Shown: piece after piece, positions 38,140 to 48,226 of the stretch
How the letters are laid out: the number at the start of each line of letters is the position of its first letter
Numbering within the stretch: position 1 is the first letter of the stretch
NCBI GenBank assembly: GCA_003326205.1
Contig: LWTK01000058.1
Location: 2,476-66,475 of the forward strand
Length of the DNA: 64,000 bases
Direction: 5' to 3'
From: Nostoc sp. ATCC 43529
Lineage (GTDB): Bacteria; Cyanobacteriota; Cyanobacteriia; Cyanobacteriales; Nostocaceae
Notes under the pieces: generated by a model
Seen by the model: only the letters and a program-made list of their open reading frames with translations
Database searches by the model: none
What the model was told of the DNA's origin: nothing
Translations under genes and position numbers: made by a program

Positions 38140-38772
38140 TTGACAAATAGCTTACTGAGAAGCTTGATTTGCACGTTATATAGAAGAGAAGTTATGGCAA
38201 GAGCGAGTAAGCCAGCTGATTCGGTTGAGTTGGCGCGTATCATGCGGAATAAAGATATGGAGGACGGTATAGTAATTAGCTATCTCCAGTCAAAGAAGCG
38301 AGGGCAAACTGAGTTAGTATGTGAGGCGCTGCGGGCGTATTACCTACCGTTTGCGCTATCTGCTGCGGGGGTATGTGGTGTTGAATTGCAGTCAGCCCTC
38401 CATGATGCGATCGCGCAACTTGAAGTTCAGATCATTAAGATGAAACGGACGTTTGGGATGGAGGGGTTGCCCCAGATAGTTCTTGTTAATCCTCATAGTG
38501 GAGTTTTCTCGCAAGGTGCAACTGGGTTACAACCAACAGTTGGAACTAATGGCGTGGAAATAACTCCTATTTCAGCTAATTCGGTTCCCCCTTCAGTTTC
38601 TTTTTTTGATTCCACTGGGCCAAGTCCTGTGTCGTTAACTGTTGAGACAGAACCAGTCGGATCAAATGTTGTGGGAGAAGATTCCGAAGATGATGGGTTC
38701 TTTAATGATGATGAGGATGACCCAATTGCTAAGGCAGAAATAGAAGTTGATGCGGGATTTCGTCTGGAGTGA
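38140..38772 (+). CDS. Hypothetical protein, candidate ParR-like DNA-binding adaptor
   Basis: N-terminal ELVCEALRAYYLP helix pair and a long acidic, disordered tail (DSEDDGFFNDDEDD). It is co-oriented with the ParM gene. Confidence 0.5.
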   Translation: MTNSLLRSLICTLYRREVMARASKPADSVELARIMRNKDMEDGIVISYLQSKKRGQTELVCEALRAYYLPFALSAAGVCGVELQSALHDAIAQLEVQIIKMKRTFGMEGLPQIVLVNPHSGVFSQGATGLQPTVGTNGVEITPISANSVPPSVSFFDSTGPSPVSLTVETEPVGSNVVGEDSEDDGFFNDDEDDPIAKAEIEVDAGFRLE

Positions 38773-39078
38773 GGGGATTATGAGGATATGGGTGGTTAGG
38801 TGTTGGAGAAAAGCATACTCTCTGCCTTTGCTTGTGATACTTGCGTAAGTCCTGCCCTTGTCCTGTTTGTCGTTGTGGGCAATATCTCCTGAAGTGCGAT
38901 CGCCTGGCGCTGTTGTTAGGAGGTGCTTTTCACCTCTCCACTGGGCGCAGCTAACTGTTGAGGGAGTATAAGTTATAGTACAAGCGACTTGTTGGAATAG
39001 AGCATCGAACCGAAGATTCGCGCACGAATCAGGCAAAGGTTTTTAGCCTACCTAATTTCTTTCATGTAAGTGCCGATG

Positions 39079-39672
39079 TCAATTCTCTATATTCGCATCA
39101 ATCAGAACTGAGAGCGCACTTTGAGCAAACGTTGCTCCGTTGGCTGACTGTTCGATTGTTGCCATTAAGCTGGCTCCTCCAATCAGCAGAAGGTACTGTT
39201 GTGAAAAGAATTCTGGATTTTTGACACCAGCCTCAGCTGCCAAGCGCACAATAATTTGTCGAATCGACTCACGTAATTCTACTGAAACTTGATGTGCTTT
39301 ATGAGAGGCATCGGCAATTTCTAAAACAGCATTGATGAACGGACAACCGCGAAAATTGGGACTTGAGTACCACTCACGCAACACATCAAACGTTGCTAGT
39401 AAACGTTCTTTGGGTGTAATGCCTCGCTCTGACACTGCATCCTCAAACCAGCGTAACCACTGAACAGCGCGATATTTCATCACTTCCTCGATTAACAGGT
39501 CTTTAGACGGAAACCAACGGTAAAGTGTGCGTTTAGCAACACCTGATACTGCAATGACTTCATTAATGCCGACATGCTGAATTCCCTTCTGATAAAAGAG
39601 TTCAGAAGCCGTTTCTAGGATTTGTTGTCGAGCGTGGCTTGATTGGGCAGTCATAGTTGGATGAGTAGACAA
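39079..39672 (-). CDS. TetR-family repressor (NemR/ComR-like)
   Basis: ILETASELFYQKG...SGVAKRTLYRWFPSKDLL HTH; GCPF motif. Confidence 0.9.
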   Translation of the reverse strand: MSTHPTMTAQSSHARQQILETASELFYQKGIQHVGINEVIAVSGVAKRTLYRWFPSKDLLIEEVMKYRAVQWLRWFEDAVSERGITPKERLLATFDVLREWYSSPNFRGCPFINAVLEIADASHKAHQVSVELRESIRQIIVRLAAEAGVKNPEFFSQQYLLLIGGASLMATIEQSANGATFAQSALSVLIDANIEN

Positions 39673-39707
39673 TATTGTCTCCTTTTAAATACAATAGCAC
39701 CAACTTC

Positions 39708-39729
39708 AAGTAGACAAGCTTGTCTACTT
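39708..39729. promoter_or_regulatory. TetR operator palindrome
   Basis: Perfect 22-bp palindrome AAGTAGACAAGCTTGTCTACTT, with a second copy AGACAATATTGTCT at 39667-39680. It resembles the TAGAC-N6-GTCTA NemR-type box. Confidence 0.75.
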
Positions 39730-39754
39730 AAGCGCATATTTAAGGCAACAACTG

Positions 39755-40327
39755 ATGAAATTTACTATTCACACGATTGATACCGCACCTCAAGACTCTA
39801 AAGCGGCATTAGTTCACGCACAACAAACGTTTGGGTTTATTCCAAATTTAGAGGGAGTTTTCGCCCAAGCACCTGCATTACTTAAAGGTTCGATGGCACT
39901 ATGGGATTTGTTTGCTACGACAAGTTTCAGCCCAATTGAACAGCAAATCATTTATTTAACAGTGAATTATGAACACGAGTGTCACTACTGCATGGCAGCC
40001 CATTCCGGCTTGGCAAAGATGATGGGTATGAAGAGTGAAGATATTCAAGCGTTACGTGATGGCATCCCACTCCAAGATTCAAAATTACAAGCACTACGTC
40101 ATTTTACACAACGAATGATTCAAGCACGGGGTTGGGTTGAAGATAGTGAAATTGAGGAATTTTTAGCAGATGGTTATGGTAAACAGCAAGTGCTAGAAGT
40201 CATTCTGGGCATAGCAATTAAAGTGATGCACAACTACACAAATCACATTGCTAAAACGCCCCTTGATAAACCATTTCAGCCATACATTTGGTCAAAGCCT
40301 TTGGTCGAGGGCATCAACAGTATTTGA
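39755..40327 (+). CDS. Carboxymuconolactone decarboxylase / AhpD-like peroxidase
   Basis: GFIPNL, ECHYCMAAH (CxxC) and NYTNH motifs. Confidence 0.85.
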   Translation: MKFTIHTIDTAPQDSKAALVHAQQTFGFIPNLEGVFAQAPALLKGSMALWDLFATTSFSPIEQQIIYLTVNYEHECHYCMAAHSGLAKMMGMKSEDIQALRDGIPLQDSKLQALRHFTQRMIQARGWVEDSEIEEFLADGYGKQQVLEVILGIAIKVMHNYTNHIAKTPLDKPFQPYIWSKPLVEGINSI

Positions 40328-40997
40328 CCGAACTGGAAAGGCGATCGCATTCTAGTTTTAGAGGTGCGATCGCCTGGAATAATCACTTCATATATCTCAT
40401 CTGTAAAAGCTACAATCAAAAATTTGACAGCAAAGCAAATGTGTAATTGACCCCATCTGACATACCTTGTTATTGCCCAAGACTCCACAATAACGATACT
40501 TTTTACTGGGGTAATTGCGGGGATGGTTGAGGTAATACGGGGTGTAATGATGACAATCACATTGTTTGAATTACAGCCAAAAAGCTAATTTTGTTTAATA
40601 ATTCAACTTTTAGTTGATACAGAATTTGGGTGTGATTGGGGTAATTTAGTCATGATCTAGGAGGTGATTTGACAGTGAATATTAAAGCAGTTTTTAGTAC
40701 ATTAGTGTAGTTAGAATCTACGGTTTGGATTTGGTATTAGTGCTATGGAGGTACTTCAGTTAGCCCCGTGGCAATTTGAACTTGGTTGCTAGCAGTTTGC
40801 AGTGGACTCCCTACTCAACTCCATTGAGTATGAATGCTGTAGCACCATCGAAGAACATCGCCGTAATAGTTTTTTCTCTACGCACTTTCTATGTAAAAAA
40901 GCTGTTAAACCCTGTAAAGAAAGTGTTTTGCACCACAGTATTTTTCCCATTTCGGTTAAATTGGGAACGATAGTAAAAGGTAATAAAAGATAAAGAT

Positions 40998-42233
40998 ATG
41001 CCCAAAACTAAGGAGAAAACAGACGTAAAAAAGGTAGTAATTACGATTGACATGGGTGCAAGTAAAACCAAGGCGATCGCTCAGGAGTATCCAGAGGGAA
41101 AGCCTGTTGTTTTACTTTTCGACTCAGAAGTAGCAGATGTTGCTAAAGCTTCGATTGAGAGCGTTCAACAAGAAGGTAGTCCTGAATCTCGTATTTGGGT
41201 AGGAATAGGTGATGAGTACTGCGCCTTGGGAGAGCTTGCCCGTCGTCGATTTGGGGGTATATCGCAACTGAAGGAGCTAAAGTACGAACTGGCAGTCCCT
41301 AAAATTTGTGGTGCATTTTGGCTGGCTAAGGAGAAGTTGAACCTGGGTAATGATGTTGCAGCTTACTTGAGCATCCTGCTGCCGCCCGGTGAAATGCAAG
41401 ACAAAGAACAGTTACAAGTGCGGTTGAAAGATGCGTTTCGAGGATTTGATACACCAGCAGGTAAGATGCGGGTAAAAATGCTTCGTTATGATGCAGCTTC
41501 TGAGGGTAGTGGGATATTTTTTCACCGTAGGCGATCGCTTGGCAATAATATGCCTGCTTCTATGTATGTGATGCTTGGTTATCGCAACGCAAGTATTTTC
41601 ACCTTTCGCAGTGGTTCAATTGGTACGGGAATAACCAGTAATTTTGGTATGTCTTGGCTGATGAATAATTTTACTTCCAAGACATCGGGACTAAGCCCTG
41701 ATAATCCCAATATTATCGAGGTGTTGGTAGAAGCTGGGGTTAGTTGTGACTCCCAGGTGATGCAGAAACTCTCACGCAAGCGCAAAGGTGATGAAATTCA
41801 ACTTGATGGCGAATTGATGTCCAAGGCTTTATTGCTTGCTAGAGATGAATATTGGCGTGCGATCGTCAGATGGTTGCGCTCGAAGATGGATGATGATATT
41901 GAAGAACTGGTGTTTTGCGGAGGGACTGCGGATTATATTCGTCCAGAAATAGACGCTTACTTCCAGAAAGAGGGGATTAAGGTATCTTGGCACGGTAATA
42001 TTTTTATACCTGATGAGATATCTTCCGGTATTGGCAATCGGATGGCGGATGTCTGGGCGCTCTACCAATATATGATTATTCAGTTTGATGAGTTGACTGG
42101 TTATACCCGCTCTGAGGTTGTACTGCTAACTAAATCCGCTGAAGGTAGTACAGATGAAGAAGTTAAACGTAAGTATAATTTTACGCCTTGTGAGCGACCT
42201 AGTACCTTTATTGCTGTGAACGAGAATGTTTGA
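40998..42233 (+). CDS. ParM/StbA-family actin-like ATPase (1)
   Basis: IDMGASKTK (phosphate 1), LLPPGE, MLGYRN (phosphate 2), FCGGTA (adenosine). Confidence 0.8.
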   Translation: MPKTKEKTDVKKVVITIDMGASKTKAIAQEYPEGKPVVLLFDSEVADVAKASIESVQQEGSPESRIWVGIGDEYCALGELARRRFGGISQLKELKYELAVPKICGAFWLAKEKLNLGNDVAAYLSILLPPGEMQDKEQLQVRLKDAFRGFDTPAGKMRVKMLRYDAASEGSGIFFHRRRSLGNNMPASMYVMLGYRNASIFTFRSGSIGTGITSNFGMSWLMNNFTSKTSGLSPDNPNIIEVLVEAGVSCDSQVMQKLSRKRKGDEIQLDGELMSKALLLARDEYWRAIVRWLRSKMDDDIEELVFCGGTADYIRPEIDAYFQKEGIKVSWHGNIFIPDEISSGIGNRMADVWALYQYMIIQFDELTGYTRSEVVLLTKSAEGSTDEEVKRKYNFTPCERPSTFIAVNENV

Positions 42234-42249
42234 TTAGCTCAGAAAAAGT

Positions 42250-42278
42250 AGTGTAGTTACAAGGACTGCAACTACACT
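42250..42278 (+). terminator. Stem-loop downstream of ParM(1)
   Basis: AGTGTAGTTACA-aggac-TGCAACTACACT, 11/12 paired. Confidence 0.5.
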
Positions 42279-42880
42279 TCTGGGATGCTTTTTACGTAAC
42301 TTCTCAATAACCACTGCATGAATGAGCCGATTACTCGTGGTTAGGTGAGAATAGCTAGTTCTAGGGGGATTGAAAATAATTCCTTGTTGGCAGCGCCCCT
42401 TTCTATAATGACATCAGGTAGATAGACAGTATTGTTATCCCGCTTCAATCGAGTACACTTTGAACAAAGACTGTTGTTCAGCGTAGAATCTTCATGGCAA
42501 GGTGGTTATATTATGTCAACAGAAGATTTTTCTTCTCAATAAGCTCAAAAAAGTCGCATTAATAGCTGCTGGTTGACACAGCTTTAAAGGTTGAAATCAC
42601 ATTAGAATTATGCCGTTGGTTTTTATACTCAATAACCAGCTTGCACAAAGGCAATAATGCTTTCCTACGGAACTATTAGATTGAGCAAGTGCTGAGTGAA
42701 TATCTCTTGGACGGGGTATATTTCTTTTTGTGTACAATTCCACAATAGGCAATCTGTGTAGCTAGGTCGATATTACTTGCAGTCAACCTCTGTGTTGATA
42801 GCAATCCTTGTTAGAGAAATCAGAAAAATGATATAACATTATCTCAAAATTCTTCGCCCAAACTGATATAACGTTATCTC

Positions 42881-43729
42881 ATGACTGGGAGTCGGAAATA
42901 TAGTAATCAAGAAAGAGAAAAATTTATGCCTGCCAATTTGACCCTTTCGATTGAGACAAACGCTGGAGGAGTGGCGAAAAGTACTATTTCATACAATCTT
43001 GCGTATGAATTGGGTGTTCGTGGCTATTCAGTGGCACTATTAGACATCGATCCTAACGAATCATTGACATTATTTTGCGGATTAGGAGAATTTAAAACTC
43101 AGGGAACAATGGCTAATGTTTACCATCCAGACTTCAATGGGAACTGGCCTTTAGTTACAGCTTGGCAAGGTAAGATTGACAAAATTCAAGTTTGTAAAGG
43201 CGGAAAAGAATTACACGAAACAATTCGGGAAGTTTCAAAGGATCTGCGTGGAGCTTATACTCTTGCAGATCGGTTGAGTGATTATCCCTTATCTCACGAT
43301 TTTGTAATTATCGATTGTCCTGCAACATTGGAGCCTTTACCACTGACTGCTCTTGCAGCTTCTAGCCACGTGTTAATTCCAATTCAACCTGAATACAAGG
43401 CTTCTCAAAGTGCTGCGGCGATGATTGAGTGGTACTATTTCAACTGCAAGCGGCTGAGATTGAAACCGACTCCAAAAATATTAGGTATAGTTCCTACTCG
43501 TTGGAAAAGTGATTGGGGAGCGCATAGAAGTATTGTCGAGGAACTTCCCCTAGTCTGTAAAAATTTGGGAATTCAGTATTTTAGCCCAATTCGAGAATCA
43601 GCTGATATTCTTAATGCTTCTGGTAGAGGGCTACCTCTGGGAATTTACAGACCAGGTAAAGAGGCAAGAGGAGATTTTCTGCCAATTGTTGATGCACTAG
43701 TTCAAGAACTTAAGCTAATAAGAGGTTGA
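42881..43729 (+). CDS. parA: Plasmid partition ATPase ParA
   Basis: NAGGVAKST Walker A, LLDIDPN, IIDCP, PIRES. Confidence 0.88.
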   Translation: MTGSRKYSNQEREKFMPANLTLSIETNAGGVAKSTISYNLAYELGVRGYSVALLDIDPNESLTLFCGLGEFKTQGTMANVYHPDFNGNWPLVTAWQGKIDKIQVCKGGKELHETIREVSKDLRGAYTLADRLSDYPLSHDFVIIDCPATLEPLPLTALAASSHVLIPIQPEYKASQSAAAMIEWYYFNCKRLRLKPTPKILGIVPTRWKSDWGAHRSIVEELPLVCKNLGIQYFSPIRESADILNASGRGLPLGIYRPGKEARGDFLPIVDALVQELKLIRG

Positions 43730-43732
43730 TCG

Positions 43733-44884
43733 ATGACAAAATTAAACAAACCGAGTGTACTTGGAATGTTTGCTTCTGCTGCTGATTCTCAACAGGTATT
43801 TGAGCTTGAAGAACGAGTAGAAGATTTACAGGCAGAGATTACAAGATTAAAAGATGAACAAGCACAGGGAAAGCTCGCTGAAGAAGAACGTACAGTCCTC
43901 AATCAAACTATTGAAGACCTACGAGAACATTTGAAAGCATCTGGAATTTTTAAAATTCACTATAGTGAAATAAAACCCAATCCGAAACAAGCAAGGCAAA
44001 CATTTACTTCGGATAGTATTCGGAGTATGGCTGTTTCAATTAGAGAGGAAGGGCAACAACAGCCGATTATCTTACTACCGGGAAATCTCATTTTTGATGG
44101 AGAACGGAGATGGAGATCAGTTGCAGAAGAGTTACAGCCAGAAATTGAAACGCTTGATGCAGTGATGCTTCAGAAAGTTCTTTCTGAAGAGGAATTACAT
44201 GCACGCACTTTATTAACTAGTCTTCACCGAGAAAGCTTGAATGAGCTAGATTTAGCCGAAGGTTTGATTCAACAGGCTAAGTTAGCTTTGGAATTTGAAC
44301 AGGAAGAAGTAGTTAGAGCGCTTAGGAGAGCAATAGCTAGATTAAACGCAAAAAAGCTTTTGCCCCAATTAACTGAATTGGTTATTTTAACTAGAAAAGA
44401 GCAGTCAGAAGGCATTAAAGCATTTAATTTAGACGAAATAGAACAAAGTATTCTTCTGTTATTACTACGTTTTCAACAAAATCCAGCATCAGTAGATGCA
44501 AATGTCTTTCCTTGCTTACGGCTTTCAGAAGACTTAAAAACTGCGATTAGACAATCAGGACTTGGTGCAAACCATGCCCGTTCACTCCAAAAACTAAATT
44601 CTAAAAATTTAAAAATTGAGGAAACTAAAGCTCTTAAAATCCGACAAGATGCTACATCACAAGTTTTGCAAGAAAGGCTAACAGTCGCTCAAACTCGTTT
44701 TCTAGTTGCCCAAACTATTGCTGAACATGCTCCTGAAACAAAACCTAAACCAAGTCACCAAATCAGTTCTCTAATTCGAGATGTCTCAGCAACTAAAGTC
44801 GAAGATATCCAGCAAGAGCAACTGAGAGATTTATTGGCTGTATTAGAAGCTAAGGCAAAAGAGATTCGGAAAAAGTTGGACTAA
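43733..44884 (+). CDS. parB: ParB/Spo0J partition protein
   Basis: NPKQARQTF, GQQQPI, IFDGERRWR, RESLNELD; 3 bp after parA. Confidence 0.88.
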   Translation: MTKLNKPSVLGMFASAADSQQVFELEERVEDLQAEITRLKDEQAQGKLAEEERTVLNQTIEDLREHLKASGIFKIHYSEIKPNPKQARQTFTSDSIRSMAVSIREEGQQQPIILLPGNLIFDGERRWRSVAEELQPEIETLDAVMLQKVLSEEELHARTLLTSLHRESLNELDLAEGLIQQAKLALEFEQEEVVRALRRAIARLNAKKLLPQLTELVILTRKEQSEGIKAFNLDEIEQSILLLLLRFQQNPASVDANVFPCLRLSEDLKTAIRQSGLGANHARSLQKLNSKNLKIEETKALKIRQDATSQVLQERLTVAQTRFLVAQTIAEHAPETKPKPSHQISSLIRDVSATKVEDIQQEQLRDLLAVLEAKAKEIRKKLD

Positions 44885-45293
44885 TACTATCTCGTCCGAC
44901 TTAGTTCCCTGAATCGGAGATGTCCATGTAATCTGTGAGTGCCTATCTAAACTACCCAAATGGCTTTCGCCTGAATCCCGCAGAGTCAAACCAGAATTAT
45001 CAGCGGAACGGTTTCAGCATGTGAGATTTCTAGACTGCGACAAAGCAGTGATCCGAATTATATTTGAGTGCTGGTACTGCCAACAGGAGATACTTTGTGA
45101 GTTTACGGGTGAGCCTGTAGTTGGAGAATATAATGGACGGACTTCAATCATCCAAGTTAAAGTTCAATGCCCCAACTCTGAGTAAACTGCTATTAGAGTG
45201 AGTACGGGAGAAGTGCTTTCTACAATAGCGATTCCTTCTCCTTGGACATAAATAAGTTTTCAAGAAACCAAATAATCTTTAATCTGGTCTTGC

Positions 45294-45687
45294 TCACCTC
45301 GTAAAGCTTTCATTCCTTGTCCATGAGCAGAGCGTACCTTGGAATGACTCCTCTTCAATCAGATCCAGAAATTCCAGGTTACTCCAGCGACATTTTTTAG
45401 CTACCGCAACCACTAATCGGAGGTTGGCGGTAATCATTTTTTGTTTAGCCAGCTGACCAAGCTTTTGGATTTGGGTTAACTGTGCTTCTGTTTTATTTAC
45501 CTCGGTAGCTAGTTCAGCCCTAGTTGGGGAACGCTCTAGTCGTTGCACTTGAGAATCGTTTTGCTTATCAAGTTTTGCATTGACCTTACAAGTCTTGTGT
45601 AGATAATCTTTTACTCTGGCAATAGCCTTGGAAAGCTACGATTTCTCGTAGGTAAATTCCAACTGTATCAGATATAGGGCTAGACAT
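45294..45687 (-). pseudogene. Degraded group-2 sigma factor fragment
   Basis: MSSPISDTVGIYLREI, then frameshifts and stops, then AKQKMITANLRLVVAVAKK...FLDLIEE. Regions 2.3-4 are missing. Confidence 0.75.
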
Positions 45688-45950
45688 CTTGCGGGAAGCT
45701 AATTTAATAACAAAGACATTGACAGGAGATTATAAATCAAATAGTCAACCATTTTAGAGGGTGTAGGGAACCAATGTTTTGAAACGCGGGATTGAAGCAA
45801 GGACGCTTTGTATTTCGTTCTATGCGTCTCGAAAGAAATATTTTTTTAAGTTGGCTTAGATCCACAACTAAAGTTTTTTATTCCTTTTTCTCTATTTTTT
45901 TGTAAGTTAATTTCTACTGCGTTGATAGAAAAGATTTCAAAAATTGCTAA

Positions 45951-46095
45951 TGGGGGCTATATGGGGGCTATATGTACCCCAAAGATAGACTAGAGCTTTT
46001 AGGGAAATTTGACACCCATGTGGGTATTATCTGGGGGCTATATGGGGTACAAAGTGTCGTCCAAGCAAATGTACCCCACTTAGCCCCCAAGGGGT
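45951..46095. repeat. Iteron/centromere-like repeat cluster upstream of ParM(2)
   Basis: TGGGGGCTATAT three times (45951, 45962, 46032), inverted TAGCCCCCA (46081), and GTACCCC / GGGGTAC copies (45974, 46044, 46071). Confidence 0.6.
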
Positions 46096-46235
46096 TATGA
46101 TAAGCTCTTGAGGTTAGAGAGGGAAGGGGCAGAGTTCTGGAGAAAAACTCATAGCAAGTTATTCTTCTCTCCCCTGCTTTCCTGCTCCCCTAGATAATCT
46201 GAACAGATAACTTTCAAAAATCAAAACGTATTGAC

Positions 46236-47183
46236 TTGATCCCTATGTCAAACATTCACGCCTTGCAAAAAATTTTTCCTGCTGGGTTTGATAACGGTTA
46301 CGGAAGCCTAAAACTTTTAGTCGATGGCTTTGAAGTAGTTCGTGTCCCCAGCTATATTTCCACAGCCGACATGGAAGATGTACCAGGGAGGGTAGTTTTT
46401 AATGGTAGTGCTTACACTGTCGGGGAATCAGCTTTCCGTACAGGTTATCATTTTGACCGGAACACGGATAACAATGAAAACAAAGTCAATAATGCGTTGT
46501 TGACATTATTCGGTGCGTTGGCACATCTGTCACACCGTAAGGCTTGGCACTTAAAATTAGTTGTCAGCTTACATGATGTTGGTCTGGCTGACGAATTGCA
46601 AAAAGTACTAAGTGGAGAATATCAGCCGATACTTGCTGGTAAACAATCAGAGGTGAAAGTAGAAGTGCTAAAAGTCGTTCTAGAGGGGATGGGTGCATTG
46701 TTTGGGCATCAACTACCCAAAAAATTAACAATTTTAGACTTTGGCAATGGAACGACTCTGTATTCTCGTTACAACCAGGGGAAGCGAGAAGTTCACTCTG
46801 CGTACCCCATCGGTGTAGAAGTTCTCATCGATGATATTTCCCAAAAAATGAAACATTTGAATGGCGGAAAAATTGGGGATGCTTCCAAAATCCGATTTTG
46901 TCTGGAAATGGGACATACCAAGTACAGCCGTGACATCGATATTAAAGATATATATAGTGCTTGTTTGAAAGATTGGTATGAAAAATATTTGAAGAAAGTG
47001 GTGAATTTGACACTTGATGCCAAGCATCAAGGGGATGAAATCTGGGCGATAGGTGGAGGCTGCCTCTTACCAGGATTTAAAAAGTTGTTAGAAAAGAATG
47101 GCTTCAAAATCCTGGACAATCCAGTGGAAGCTAATGTCTTTGGGCTTCTAGAAATGGCAAAAACCATTACGAGCAAGAATTAA
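46236..47183 (+). CDS. ParM/StbA-family actin-like ATPase (2)
   Basis: GFDNGYGSLK, VLEGMG, LDFGNGTT, AIGGG. Confidence 0.82.
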   Translation: MIPMSNIHALQKIFPAGFDNGYGSLKLLVDGFEVVRVPSYISTADMEDVPGRVVFNGSAYTVGESAFRTGYHFDRNTDNNENKVNNALLTLFGALAHLSHRKAWHLKLVVSLHDVGLADELQKVLSGEYQPILAGKQSEVKVEVLKVVLEGMGALFGHQLPKKLTILDFGNGTTLYSRYNQGKREVHSAYPIGVEVLIDDISQKMKHLNGGKIGDASKIRFCLEMGHTKYSRDIDIKDIYSACLKDWYEKYLKKVVNLTLDAKHQGDEIWAIGGGCLLPGFKKLLEKNGFKILDNPVEANVFGLLEMAKTITSKN

Positions 47184-47214
47184 CCAAACACATCTGGAAA
47201 GTGAAGTTATAACA

Positions 47215-47505
47215 ATGACAGATAAACAAGACTTAGCTCCGGTAAAAATTCGGCTCAAAGAAAACTACCGAGAACGCATATTTGCAGAATCCCAACAACT
47301 AGGTAAAAGTTACCTGGAGACGCTTTATTTTATCATTGATTGCTATTTTGTTTTCATCAAGGCTGGATTAGCCACACAACAAGTAGCTTTCACGCCGCTT
47401 ACTACTAACGAAAACAGACTCCAGCAGCCAATTCCCCAGCCATCTACAGACCAAAAACTAGAAGATCCTGATGGCGAAACATTCAGTCTTGATTTTGAAT
47501 TATAA
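47215..47505 (+). CDS. Small protein downstream of ParM(2), candidate ParR adaptor
   Basis: 96 aa; VKIRLKENYRERI RHH-like start and an acidic tail; 31 bp after ParM(2). Confidence 0.5.
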   Translation: MTDKQDLAPVKIRLKENYRERIFAESQQLGKSYLETLYFIIDCYFVFIKAGLATQQVAFTPLTTNENRLQQPIPQPSTDQKLEDPDGETFSLDFEL

Positions 47506-47734
47506 CCGTCAGATGAAGTTGACAACGGTAATTCCCAACTCGTGGGGTAATTATGTTAAAAAAGTTTTAAATTTAGCTCTTGTGTAAGTATTTCAGTATT
47601 TATGTACTATATAAGATGAGTTGATGTCAGCGATTCTACCAAACAGTAGATTTTTATTCTGGATTTCTATAAAAAAATAATGCCAGTACTAACAAGTAAG
47701 CCTGTATGTACTAGCATTATTCAGTTAATTGGGT

Positions 47735-48154
47735 CTAGAACGGAGGTTCTTGATCTAGGTCTTCATCTGTCGAAGTAACGTTATCTTCGAGTAGTTCTTT
47801 GGCAAAATCGGGAGTTTCAGGCGAGTGAGGGGTTTTACTAACCTGGGTGAGTTCGTTGATGGGTTGTGCTGACATAAAGTTTCTGATTACGAATGTGGCA
47901 ATCTTTTCTTTGTAATCACCCCTGTTATCAACTAGCAAATCGAGATATCCTTCTGCTGTGCCGTGTACGCCTTCCCCCTGTTCGTTAATAACGACGGCGG
48001 GTGCGCCCTTGGAACGGAATGGCATCTCGTCAGCAACTACTCCTTCCTTGGAACGGTAGTAGAATTCGGCGATCCCAAAGGCAATCAAGGAACCTTCTTT
48101 GTCGTGGGTAATGTTCACTGACTTAAGATTGATAGTTGCAGTATTATGAATCAT
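47735..48154 (-). CDS. Hypothetical protein, possible divergent SSB/OB-fold
   Basis: Beta-rich 139 aa ending DEDLDQEPPF, an SSB-like acidic tail; directly downstream of ssb. Confidence 0.5.
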   Translation of the reverse strand: MIHNTATINLKSVNITHDKEGSLIAFGIAEFYYRSKEGVVADEMPFRSKGAPAVVINEQGEGVHGTAEGYLDLLVDNRGDYKEKIATFVIRNFMSAQPINELTQVSKTPHSPETPDFAKELLEDNVTSTDEDLDQEPPF

Positions 48155-48226
48155 GTTCGTTTTATTTGTAGATTGATTAGATGGTTTATCGCCTACGATT
48201 TATAGTCATAGGCGATTTGTAATTTC

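Noticed and set aside
38662-39036. 124-aa minus-strand ORF
   Set aside because: It overlaps the 38140 gene and has no motif. Other frames contain stops, so at most this is decayed sequence flanking the TetR cassette.
40276-41071. Short ORFs 40276..40560, 40776..40973, 40802..40993 and 40889..41071
   Set aside because: They overlap each other or real genes and have no recognisable features; most likely non-coding upstream DNA of ParM(1).
44890-45293. Protein-like fragments downstream of the sigma relic
   Set aside because: There are multiple stops and frameshifts, and I could not assign any family.
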